Assembly: GCA_036172245.1 (NCBI GenBank)
Contig: JAYWIR010000052.1
Location: 868,001 to 932,000 of the forward strand
Direction: 5' to 3'
Origin: Raillietiella orientalis
Lineage: Eukaryota
Length of the DNA: 64,000 bases
A program made the translations under genes and the position numbers. The notes under the pieces are model-generated. The model worked only from the letters and a program-made list of their open reading frames with translations. It ran no database searches and was not told the origin of the DNA. Below are positions 49,620 to 61,426 of the stretch, in pieces (position 1 is the stretch's first letter; every line of letters begins with the position of its first letter).

Positions 49620-50370
49620 ATGATCCTTTCCCGTTACCGTGCTCGAGCCAAACCGTCACGTCACGTGCTGCCATCTCGCGTGCAGGCGAGAGAACTTCCG
49701 CCCGAAGGGCCCGAGCAATTCGATTTCCTGCTCGTCGAGTCCACGACGACGCCTTAGGCAGAGACAGCGGGCAGGCAGGAGATTCGGAGATCCGGGGCGC
49801 CACCGTAGCCGCGTGCTCCGCTTCCTACGCGCTGCTCGCTTCGACCTACGCGGCCCGTGCGAGCAGAGCCTGCAAGAAGCGATGCGGACTTGAACGCCCA
49901 GCAGGGGCTCGATGCGGCAAGAGTCCAGGTCGTTGCGTGTCGGCTCCATCGCCGCGGCCACGTGACCACCACCCGGTCAGTTCGATCAAGGGGGCAGCTG
50001 CAAGCCTCGACCCTGACCTGCCCGGACCCTACAGGCATCCCGCTTTTCGCACTCGAACATCGTCTCTATAAGAGCGCGGTTGATAAAGAGTCCCCGAGGG
50101 GAAAAAAACTGGAACCCGAAGAGGGGCGAGGCAGTCAGGGAACCTGGGACCACGGGCAGAAAGCATGAAGCATGCATAGCCGGGACATTTGCCCGGAGGC
50201 ACACCTTGGATCACCAGCACGAACAATCCTTAGCGAGCGGGCCTCATTCGTGAGGGTGGTAGACAGAGCAATCGGGCAGAAGAAGCTGCTGCCCTCCCGC
50301 CAGCAGGCGACTCGGCTCCTTGTCGGGACGCTGCGTGCGGCGACGGCTTCCCAGATGGAGCACTGACGGG
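49620..50370 (+). mobile_element. Possible decayed non-LTR RT fragment
   Basis: Faint remnants only (PFPLP, SLQEAM, GARCGKS resembling SGxxxNxxKS). Confidence 0.3.
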
Positions 50371-50808
50371 ATTCCGGGGAGCTTCCTTCCCCCTCCCTCC
50401 CTCCCTCCCTTTCCTTCCCGTGCTTGCGACGGGTGGACCAAGAAGTGCTGTGTGATTTCCTCCCCCCTCCCCTCCCTTCCTTCCTTCCCCAGGGGCACGT
50501 GCCGTCTGAAACGCGGGTTGCTGGGAAACGGGGATTCCGTGCCTCCCTCGGTAGCGGACATCGCGACGCGCCCAAACTGAGCGATCAACTCGACCGCGTA
50601 ACCGTCAACAAACCGGTAAATAACGGCTTTTCCCTCACGCTTTCTTCTTCCTTCCTTCCTTCCTTCCTTCCTTTTTTTTTTTTTTCTCTCTCTCTCTCTC
50701 TCTCTCTCTTCTTCCCGGAGGTCCTTTGATCCAACGATTCGATAGGGAAGCGTTCCTGAAATGCCATCACGTAATGAGTTGGAATCTGTAAAGGCGACCA
50801 GAAACATC

Positions 50809-50810
<2 letters not shown>

Positions 50811-50839
<29 letters not shown>
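50811..50839. repeat. (TG)n microsatellite
   Basis: Directly visible. Others: (CT)n at about 50685-50708, (GA)n at about 52578-52603, (GAA)n at about 54888-54919. Confidence 0.95.
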
Positions 50840-50844
<5 letters not shown>

Positions 50845-53229
50845 CTCTCGAAAGGGGGGGGGGGGAGGGACTCTCCTCTCCTCCTCCTGCCCTCTCGGGC
50901 TGCGCGCCGAGGAGCCGGGCCGGCAGGGACCCCGCCGGCCCCTACCCGCCCGCGCGCCTCCCGAGCGCATCCGATTCTAATAGAGACAAGTTTCCCTCAG
51001 GAAAGATGTTGTTTCCCGGCAGCATATGCTCGCGATCGGGAAGCTGCAGATAAAAACGACTCCCCGTCTCGTAGGAAACGACACTGATTCGCACTCGCTC
51101 CCTTCAACAGCTGATGGCGCTCCGCGCTGGCGTGGGTTGCCAGCGCTTCCCGAAGACCGCATCGCCATTTGGAGCACGTGCGCTCATTAAATTTTTATCC
51201 CCTCTTGTGGCGCTGTTGTACAACTTAAGACTTCGCGCAGATTACGGAATCATTTATTTCGCCTGGTGTTTTATGTTCTTCATCTCGTTTGTTCCGGATT
51301 GTATCTTTCTTGGGGAAGGGAGAGAAGAGAGGGAGGGAGGGAGGGAGGAGAAGGGGAAGAAGAAGGAAAAAAAAAAAAAAAAAAAGGATTTTAGATGGGA
51401 TTAATTCCGGGATGGCATGCCCCCGGAATCGCACGCCGAGAGCGTACCAGAACCAGGAAGCACGCTCCCATTTCGGGATTGGGCCCCACCACGCTTCCCG
51501 AAGACGACGACGAACGGGGAAAAAAGAAAGAAAGAAAAAAAGAAAAAATGATAACAACGATGATGAAAGGAAGAAGAGGGAAGATCCTTCCGCCTTGATC
51601 TTCGTCTGCGCTTCGTCTCGCAGCAGCGGGTGGGCGCCACATCTGCTGCTGGACCACGCGTCTCTCGCAAGGTGGCGTCGGTCGTACGAGCGAAGCGAAG
51701 ACGCTCGAACCACGCGGTCCGTTAATCCGTCCTTCCTGCACTTCGGACCAACTGACCCTCCCGCACACCACGCAAAAAACGAATGAATAAATAAATAAAT
51801 AAGCCGAGCCGAGCTCGCTTCCGGAACGCCACCGGAAAAAAAAAAAAAGCGACGGTGGGCCGAAGCTGTTCCTCTCCCAGGTGGAAGAAGGAAGGGGGGG
51901 AGGGGAAGACCTCTCGACATCTCAGTTGTCGCCGGCGGACGGTCGGAAATGACGCGGAATGACTGGGGGGGGGGAGAGGGGAGGGGCAGGTTGTCAATAA
52001 GATGCTCAACCGGAATAAATCAATCGCCGCTCTTGTCGTGCGCCCCAAAGAGCAAAAAAAGAAAGAAAAAACAGAAGGGGGGGGGGAAGAGGAGGGCAGC
52101 TCGAGTTTGGAAGGAACCATTAAAACAAATTGCAGTTCGGTAAGGCGCGACGAAAAGTAAAGGACGATTCACATGCGGTCCAAAAGCCAAACCTGGAGAT
52201 GCAAACGAAGAGGGTGCGATGCGAGCGATTTGGGGGTGAAAGGGCGCTTTACATACGAATCGGATGATCGTCGGTTCCCGCGACCGACGAACGTAAGACG
52301 CGCAGCCTTCGCCCGAAGAAGAATGAATGGATGGAGGGTGCGGGGGGACAGCTTTCCTGGAACACCGAAGCATATGGGAAGATTGATGGAAGGACCGACA
52401 TATAGTGCGGCTAACAAACATTCTGGCAATGCTGGGCTCGCCGGCGTAATGGGGTGCCACCCCACTTGCAGAACCGAACGCGATGGCTTCGTGCTCGATA
52501 CGCTTTTACGCACCCATGCGTAAAATATTTTGCACGATCTGTGCAGAAAAGTCCGCGATTCGGAAGAGGGGAGGAGGGAGAGAGAGAGAGAGAGAGAGAG
52601 AGAATTTCCGTACGCCGTCTTCCCGGAGGGCCCGACGCAGCAGCAGCAGCTTGGAGTGGTGTCCTTTCCCCTCTTCGCCGTTGCTTCGCGGCAAGCTGTC
52701 GTCGCCTTCAAGGTGAACGGACGGCGAGACGGGACCGAGGTGGGGGAGCGGCGCCATGGGAACGCTGGAACCGTGAGCTTGGCTCGAGGACCGCCGCCCA
52801 CCGGTCGCCCTGGAAAGCTGGGCAAGGATCCGTCCCTGCAGCCGCCTCCTCCGCGGCAGACGTTCTCTCCGGAAGATCTGCCGCTTGGCTTCGTGTTCGC
52901 TGGTGGCACCGCGGGGGCCGAACCGGCGGCGCACCGGAAACGATGCCAAGGCAACTGACACGCGTCTCTCCGAGCGCTTTCCCCGCGCGCGCCGCTCGTT
53001 CGTCCGTCCTCAACAGCGGAAGAAGGAGATGGGTTCGCTCGAACGCCGCCGCCGCGGCAAGCAATCCCAGCAGGAAAAGATCGAATTGCAGGAATGGGGC
53101 GCCAGACGGGAGGATCCCACAAGTTCGAGGAGGCACTCTCCGCTCTCGAGAGCCTGAGATGAACAGCGGCCAAGAAGGATGCGCATGCCAAATGCAAATG
53201 ACGTCCGCCGCCGCGTGCGAGCGTCCGTT

Positions 53230-54050
53230 CAAAGGAATGGATTTGTGATCCTCTCGGTATGAGGGGATGCAGAGAGCACCACTTGGTGTGCTCCCTTCGA
53301 ACCGAGGGACGAAGGTGAGTGTTTCCGGAAGGTGCTGTCCGTTCCGGACCCATGCATCCCCACTGCGACAGGGGGAGAGGTGAATTCACTGGCGGCAGAA
53401 AACCTGACGGGGATTTCAAAACACCACCACGAACCGCGTGTCCGAACACCGCGAGGTAAACGCTGCACATCGCTCTGAATTCCACACGGCTGTCCGCTTG
53501 TGGATCGGTGCCGCCCGCCCGCACGCATCACAATCGCCTGCAGGGTGCTCCTGAGTGTCCCAGGGCGGGCGCTGACTGACGAACGGCTGGGCATCCTCCC
53601 GGATGGTCTCTCGGGGCTCGAAACAGCCTCTGGTGGGCCCACCTCGCGGTTCCCCTGCGGGCACGCCATGCCACCACGCTTCTCGGTGCGGATGGTTCTG
53701 CTCGTTGCTGTTCTCCTGGTTGGACTCCGCGCCGTCGGCGCTCCAGGAGGCGGCTGCAAGGCTCCTGGAGGACGGCGGGAAGGAGGCCGTCGGGGATCGA
53801 CTCGAGGAGCATTTTCTCCTCCCTTCTTTGCCTTTTTCCTCTCGTGCTTGAGAGAGACGCTGTTTGCCGCCTCTTCGGCGGAACGAAATCCCCCTACACA
53901 TCTGGTGGTGGACGTCGAGCTGCGCAGCGCCGGCGGCTTCGGCGACGAGAGAATCGGGCAGGGCAACAACACGTGGCTGCTCGCGGCCCGTTCCGTGCAC
54001 GCGTGGGGCTGCCGCGTTGCCACCGGAAGCTCCGAACGCGATTTGTGACC
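53230..54050 (-). mobile_element. Decayed RTE/CR1-type non-LTR RT fragment
   Basis: Across frames, EKGKEGRRKCSSSRSP (KKG..C.NYRP), RGVQPGE (GFRPG) and LPRGVRTRG (GVRQG) appear in the correct order. Confidence 0.45.
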
Positions 54051-57000
54051 ATCGCGAGAGTTCATCAGATAGTCGGTGGTCATGAAGGTTTGCAAAAAAA
54101 AAAAAAAAAAAAGAAAAGCAGATGAGCCGTCGTCGGCAGCGCGTTTCGGCGAAAAGCGTCGGGGATCGATTGCGCGACGTGGGATGGGGGGTGGGGAGGG
54201 GAAGGGGGGGAGAGAAGGAAAGCAATCACGCCACGATAAATTAATTGAGAAGCGGTTCAGAACAGATAGTTCCGCAGAAGGAACTAATGGGATGTGAACG
54301 CGGAGTGTGCTTTTGAATGGTCGCAGGAGTTGAACCGTTCGAAGGCTCAGACATCACGTGAAGCCCGCAAGAATTTATGCGAGTCCCTCGATTTGCTGCC
54401 GTCTGGGCGGAAATCGCACGTAGCAGTCGTTGTTCACGTCGAGGCGAGTGCCGTGGCAGATCGCCCGTGCAGCAGCGAAAAAAAGGAAGGAAGGGGAGGC
54501 GATCCTTTTTGGCTCGGGAGCCTTTGCGAGAGAGGAAAAGGGGGGGAGAGAGAGCCCGGGCCGAGGTGGCCGCGCGGCGACCGGTCGGACCACCGCCACT
54601 TTCCGACGGAGCCGCCCACGCGTGGAGGGCGCCCGGGCGTGGGCGCAGCATCCTCCACGGATTCGGTTCCGAAAATACCACCGGAACAATGAGGAGAAAA
54701 TGGTCCTTGGAACGATGCCGCACGCAGCTTTCGTCTCCGCGCGCGAAGACGAGAAGATCTCCTTGATCACTTTTTCCGACCGGCAAGATGAAGAACCTCC
54801 CGAGTCCGTAGCAGGAGCTATCCAGGTAGCTGCACCGGAGCGAATTTCCCATTTTCCCGGAGCTGGATTTTTTTTTTTTTATTTTTAGAAGGAGAAGAAG
54901 AAGAAGAAGAAGAAGAAGAGAAGGAAAAGAAGGGGGGGGGGGGAAAAACGCAAAACAATTCAGAGTAAGATGTTCGGTTCTCTCACAACGGACGAGTATT
55001 TTTAAATCCTCTTATTTATCATCTTGGCGTGTAAAAAAAATATCGCCCGAAAGAGAGCGTTTCTGCAATCAACTAGATGAAATGACTGGAGAGCACTGCG
55101 GGAAGAGATCATTCCTGAAATAAATCTTGTAATTTGATTTGCAAGAGGAAATTGAGATTGTTTATGATCGATGGTTCCCCTGGAAAGAAAGGAAAAAAAC
55201 AAGTGGAAAGCCTGCCTGCCTCGCATCGCTTGCGTGCGCAGCACGGTTTTGTTTTCCTTTCGTTCTTCTGCATGTGCGATTGGCTCGTTAGCGAAGTGCC
55301 CCGCGGGGCCGCTGGCCGCACACGCCAGCAGCCCCGGCGACCGGAGGCCACGCGGTCCATCTCCGAACTTTCCCATCTTTTTTTTTTTTTTTTACTCTTC
55401 GTCCTGTCGTCTCCGTTCGCCGCGTAAAGCCCAGATTTCAGAGAAGATGTGGATTTGTGGATCTCGGATGGGATCTACGCCCGGAGGCAAGCGGGAGATT
55501 CCGCAACGCTTAAGAGGATGATCGCGGAGGCAGGAGACGCCGGAAGACAACGAAAGGCAAAACACGTCATTAATAAAAAGAGATGGATTCAAGGAGCCAT
55601 TGCCTTCCGAGTGCGTTCCTGATGTCCCCTACTAATTCGGTTAACAGCCTCTTCATGGGAACGGATGTTGGCGCCAGCTCATCTGCATTCATGATTGAAG
55701 CGTTCTTCGACACGGGCGTCCCGCATCTCCCTCAGCAGCGCCGGAAGCGGAGGGATGGCCGTGATGAGGGTCATCTTTCCAGAGTGTACTCTCACCTTCC
55801 CGGTTTATCTACCTCTCTCAAGTGCGTCGCCTCCTCCTTAAGAAGGAACCGCTCGGCGACAGCGGAGATGTCCGGAACGCTCCCGTGCTCCTCGGTTGCC
55901 CACGAGAGGGCAAGGCGCGAAAGACGTCGCGCGCGGTGGCTGCCTGGCCTGCGCCGCTTGTAGGTGGTCCCGGGTGGGAGAGGGGGGGAGCGCCAGAAGG
56001 ATGGCGCGCAGCGGCGCCGCGGTCCGCACGGGGAGCGGCACGGAGCTCGAGGGAGACCCCGCAAATCTCGGCAGCTCCGCTTTCGCAAGCCCTCGCTGCT
56101 CCGAGACGGCTTTCGCGGTTCCATCAGATGAAGATCCCTGTTGCTCCCGAGATTCAGGTGGGCGGGCATCGGGATCCCACGGGAAAACTGCAAACTTTCG
56201 GAGGAGCGTCCACGAGCGGCTCGTGCAGCGGAGGATGCTGCGCTCTGGAGCGGGGCATCCGAGAGGACGCACGTGCAGGCGCTCCGTCTCACGTGAAGAC
56301 ATGCGGAATTGCCACGGCATCGCTCCCGTGTGAGCCCCGCGTTATACGAACCGCAAGGGTTTATGCACGGGTGGTGCGGGAGTGCTGGGAAAAGGTTAAA
56401 ATTTCAGAAAGAAAATGCAGCTTGAACGGTGGATGTCTCTACTACAGCGGCTACCTCGGTACTCGTCGGCAGTTCGTTCCGGAATACTCGTGACGTACTC
56501 GTGACGAGTGCCGAAACCCACGAGTTCCCTTCTGGGCTTCGTGGTGTCATTTTTCAACCATTTTAGGACCCGCGATGAACGCTTGAGATGCACAGAAAGC
56601 ACCCAAAACAAAACAAAAAAAAAAAGAAAAAGAAAAGTAACGATTGGGGAGGCATTCTATGTACGGAAGCGAGCGAGCTACCACGAGACGAAAGCGTTCA
56701 CCTGCTTCATCACGAGGGTGAGGGTGGGTGTCGAGTTCCGAGCACGAGCCGCCGAGTGTCGAAGCATCGTTTCCTTTCTCTCGTCAAAATGCGACGAGTA
56801 CCGAGGTACACTGCATTTTGGATGTAACGCAAAAGGGGGGAAATCAAAAGCGTCGGTCTGTCGTCCGAGCTGGAAGCGAAACAAAAAGCTCTTCGAGTCC
56901 CGATGACCATCCTCGTCGCTGAAGAACGCTGCTCCAGTCGCGAAATCTGAACGAGATGGACTTCAGGCCACCTTGAATCACGTGTTCTTTTTCCCTCTCT

Positions 57001-57295
57001 TTTCTTAAACCGAACTGAGATCGAGCCGCAGCGGCGCGCACACACACACAACGCGTTGTTCGTGGACCGCCGCCATTTTCCCGTCGTCCCGTGACTGCTG
57101 AAATCCGCGGCGCCCGTCGCCCGATTCCCCAGGGGGAATGGGGGGAGAAGAGGGGAGGGCAGGGGCGGAACAAGCAAGATACGATGCTCAGGCAACCTTC
57201 CCACCGGGCTGCCGCAACATCGGCACCCACCGTCGCGGATGCTGTGAAAAGATTCGAAAGACAGTCGCGCATCGGAAACTCATTTTCCGCGTGTC

Positions 57296-58398
57296 GAAAT
57301 TTGCCTCGCGCGCCGCCATCTCGAAGAGAGATTCATTGTTGCGTCAGCTCCCGGAGCTGCCAAACGCAAATTTCGATACCCCATCCTGGTTTCGTGTGAC
57401 CGTGAGCTGCGAATCTTCCTTGGTCGCTCCGAGATCCATTTGAATCGACTGAAAATAAGCCCCTCGGATTGCTTCCAGAATTATACACACAGCATCTCTG
57501 GAAAGTATCAGAAGGTGTGTAAGCCACATGTGGGCTGTCTGTCATGGAGAAAATGATGAGCTAGTTATCCGGACCAAGAGACACTGACGAATGGAAATTC
57601 CTCGTTCGCGCGTCTGAGGACGCAACGCAAGATCCCGCATGGAACTCCTGCTAATGTCAGCGCTTACAGTTCTTTAAAGAGCGTTAGGATGCTGTCGTCA
57701 TGCAGACGGTGCTGTCTACCAAACAATCAAGTTCGAGTCAAGCAGGGGAAAAAAAAAAAAAAACTGTACAGATCACCCAGCTTTGCTCATTAAGTGGTCG
57801 CCGGAGAGGATGTTAGAATATGCCTCTTGGCTTCCCTTGCTCTTTGGGGTATGCAAACGGCACAGGCAACGGCTAGCCACGCCTGTGTAACCCCATTACG
57901 GTGAATGAGAAAACCCATTTGATTCTTCACTCGTTCGCTCGGGTCCATGCTCCCTCGAAAGACATCTAACAAGCAAGACATTCGGAAAAGCTGTGAGCGC
58001 TTCATCACGCGTATGAGGTTGCTAATAATTACTCACGTATGTATGTAGTTGTATTCTTAAGATGTTAACAGACGAAAGCGAACTTCTTGGAACTTGGTGC
58101 TGGGGCGTTCCTTCGATCTGGGTAAGAAATCCTGCAAACTGTATTTCAATACGAACGCAATGCGTATGCGATGTTTTACATGCATGTGTGTACAGTATAT
58201 AAAAGATTACATACGAAAGTGTATCATCATATAAAGAAAACACAGCATTCGTGTGTCGCACAGCATTTCCTCGTGCTATACGCTATTCCGATAGGACTCG
58301 AACCAGGGTGCGGTATGGAGATTCGCGTTTGGCAGCTCCAGAAACCGACGCAACAATGAAGCTCTCTTCCAAAATGGAGGCATGCGGGGCAAAGATTT
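57296..58398. repeat. Inverted repeat pair: about 100-bp arms at 57296-57395 and 58297-58398
   Basis: ttcattgttgcgtc..ggagctgccaaacgc..cctggtt pairs with aaccagg..gcgtttggcagctcc..gacgcaacaatgaa. The right arm carries a B-box-like GGTTCGAGTCC on the minus strand. Confidence 0.85.
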
Positions 58399-59257
58399 GG
58401 GCGAAGGCAAAAATGAACAGACAAACGCTTGCTGTTTTTTGCTTGGTCTCCGTCTGGCAGTTCCGGTTCGAGCGAGAGGAGATTGCAAACACATCAGATG
58501 GCAGATAAACAAGTGCGATCGTTGGACTGCAGACATGCTGGAAGGAGCTCGTTGAAGCTGCCGTCTGGGTGAAGGAGAAGGAAAATACTCCAAAGAATCC
58601 AAAGAGCATTTCCAGAAAGGAAAAAAAAAAAAAAAAAACCGGAAGCTGAAAACGTGAACACGCATGAAAAAGAAGAATGGGCCTTTCTCTGGATGACCGC
58701 CACAAATGTAAATCAAAGCATTAGTTTAAAAATGTAGGGATCCAGTAAAGACCTTAGATGAAATTTTGGAAAAGGAAAACAGTTTAAGACGCACGGTGTA
58801 AACAACATCACGAAATTCTGTAACTCTTCAGAGGGAAAACACGATTCGACCTAAATTGGTACAAAGGACCTTCACAACAGCGTGCTGTTTTGAAGTCAAG
58901 TGGCTGTTTGCTCTTAAAGTCACCCCTTAAAGATTGATGAATTTTCTAGACTGGCCGGTTCTCACATCGAATTTCTGGAACGCTGTTAACCATAATTTCA
59001 GATAATAGCAGTAATGATAGTGGAGAAGAGCAACACGGAGGCTGCCCCCCAATTTCATCTTCAGCACAAAACGGTGCAAGGGAACAAGAATACTCCGCCC
59101 ACGTGCTTAGGAGTGTGGCTCCCCCAAGTTGAAGGTTCCGAACTCTGCGTCTTGCTTCCGCGAGAAAGTCATTCAGGATGCAACGGCGTCCTCGTTTCCA
59201 TCAGGTTTCGTTTCGGGTTAGCCATTTCGACACCCGGGATCGGATTCGAACCCTGTT

Positions 59258-61426
59258 CGGGAAGACACACTGGGCCACGGTAAGATTTGCACGAGCATAA
59301 GAGTTCGAAAGCAAGGGTGCAGGGGTGTCCAGGGATTCAGGGGCAGGCCGAATGTCAGAAGATGAACTATCGGTGATGCCACGGAGTCTGCGGCTTCCAC
59401 CACTGGCAGCTCTTGGGTTCGTTTGAATGATTTGCGGTGAAAAAATCACGGGGAAGAAGTCCTGGTTCTCGAAGCTTGGATTGCTCAATGGATGAGCAGC
59501 AATCGTATCAGCGTCGAGCACCTCTGTGGGTCACCTCTGTTCGTAACCAGCAACAACAAAAAGAAAGGAAGAAAGAAAAGGCGAGCGATGTGCGGGTGTT
59601 CGAGTCCTTTTTTTACCCGCAAACCGGGAGAGCGATCCTTCAGCAGGAGGCGGGCAGAGGCAGGGGCGAACCTCCTCCGAACTCGCAAGGGGGGCGATCG
59701 GGTTGAAGCGAGCACCCTCGTGAAGCGCGCGCTAAACTGAACTGCCCCCCCCCCCCTTTCCTTTCGGCTCGCAGGAACAGCCGCCCCAGTTTGCAGGTAC
59801 CTTTCGTTCTGGGAGTCTCGAGCGCATCCTTCTGAGACGGGAATGCCCTCGGGGTCATGAGCCGGCATCCGGGTACAGGGGAAACCCGCCGTGAACTTCC
59901 CTCTCGCAAGCTCCGACGCTCGCTCTCTGCCTGCCTCTCCTTCGCCGCTGCAGCATTTGGATTATGAGGATGATTTGCAAGAGCCAAAATAATGAGCAAC
60001 CCCCAAGGAGTACCGCTGATTGCTGCTGCAGCAGGACCGCATCCGACGGGATACAGGCTCTGCTGCCAAGACTCCCGCACTGATAAAACGATTCCGGTTC
60101 GATTTGTTAGCGCGGCCGCCTTCCCCGTGTCCGGCCACGATTAAGACCAGGGCAGCAAGCGGCACGCCGGCGCATGGGGAAGGGCAGAGGGAGGCAACAA
60201 TGGTGCGCGCGCCTCCGCCCATCCATTGTCGCGCGTTCTCCTCCATCCATTGTTGCACCCTCTCGTCCCACTCGCGCCGCGCCCCCTTCCGACCTAGCCG
60301 CTCTGCACCTGCTTCCACAGGAGCAGACGCTCCGTAGAGCAAAAAATAAACTTCAGTAGTGCACCTCCCTCAGCGGGAGGGTTGCAGCAGGTCTTGCAGT
60401 GTTCCCAAATTTTCTTTTTTCTCCTTTTTTCACCTTGCTTGCTTCTTTCGCGACACTGCTAATAAATTTCAGCACATCGTTCGAATCCCGCGGGTGTTTA
60501 CATCTCCTCCCTCCCCCCTTTCTGTGCTCAAACGGCTGCGTTCCGCGGAGGAATTGGTGGCGGAGCGAAGAGGCACGCTACTCCACGCATGGTGGCGCCG
60601 GCAGCGCCACGAGGGCCACTGGTGTCCTCTCTGCCGAGCACTGGAAGAGCGGCACCACCCCGGAAAATTCCTCTAAAAAAAAAAAAAAAACTTTCTTTCG
60701 GATCCTTTCGATGCACGCCGGCGCATCCAGTGTGTCACAGATCAGATTCGATGCCTCTAGGAAACGCTTGCAGAATCCCGTTTCCACGTTTCTGGGAGCA
60801 AGCTCGCGCAGGAGGAAGGTCGTCTCTGGACCCGTGCTCACGAGACGAGGATCCGCTCGTCTCTGAAGTCACGAGGGGTTCATCCTCCGCGTCGCTGGGA
60901 AACTTAGGATGGATGCTGCCGCCCGAGCGGTTCTGGGGAGTCCCATTCTGGCGACGGGCCCCATGGAAATCTAAGGGCTTTGTTCAGTCTGCCGGCCCCG
61001 TGCTCCCGTGACGACTGCGAAGTGTGATGTGTGCAGTCCCCGCTCGACGCTGTCGTTTCTGAGTGCTGCCCAGGATTCCGGGAGAGGACCCACGCAGTCA
61101 CACCGCGGAACCTCTCCGCGGGGGGTTTAACCCGTCCGGCTGTAACGTCGGACAGCGGTCCCACTCTCTGAAGGGGCAGGATCGTGCGACAAGAACGGAA
61201 TCTCTTGGTGAGGTTCCTTCTGCTCCTCTTTTTTCCTTCTCTTTCCAAGAGGATGCTTTTTCTCCTCTTTCCAACGAGATCACTTTCGGTGACGCTGTGA
61301 CGTCGCCGAAAGTTCCTCTTCTGGCATTCTGCCTGTCCTTGAATCCCTGGACGCCCCTACGGCATTGCTCTCGAACTCTTTACGTTCGTGCAATCAAATG
61401 TTACCGTGGTCCAGTGCATCCTCCCG
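59258..61426. repeat. Inverted repeat pair: about 130-bp arms at 59258-59388 and 61291-61426
   Basis: The arms share tgaatccctggac.cccct, tcgaactctt and ttaccgtgg.ccagtg in opposite orientation. A B-box-like GGTTCGAATCC lies next to the left arm (minus strand, about 59242-59252). Confidence 0.85.

Noticed and set aside
56915..56965. Hammerhead-like CTGAAGA...GAAA; also CTGATGA at about 29151 and 44320
   Set aside because: Stems are incomplete and the cleavage triplet would be NUG. The other sites lack a correctly placed GAAA.
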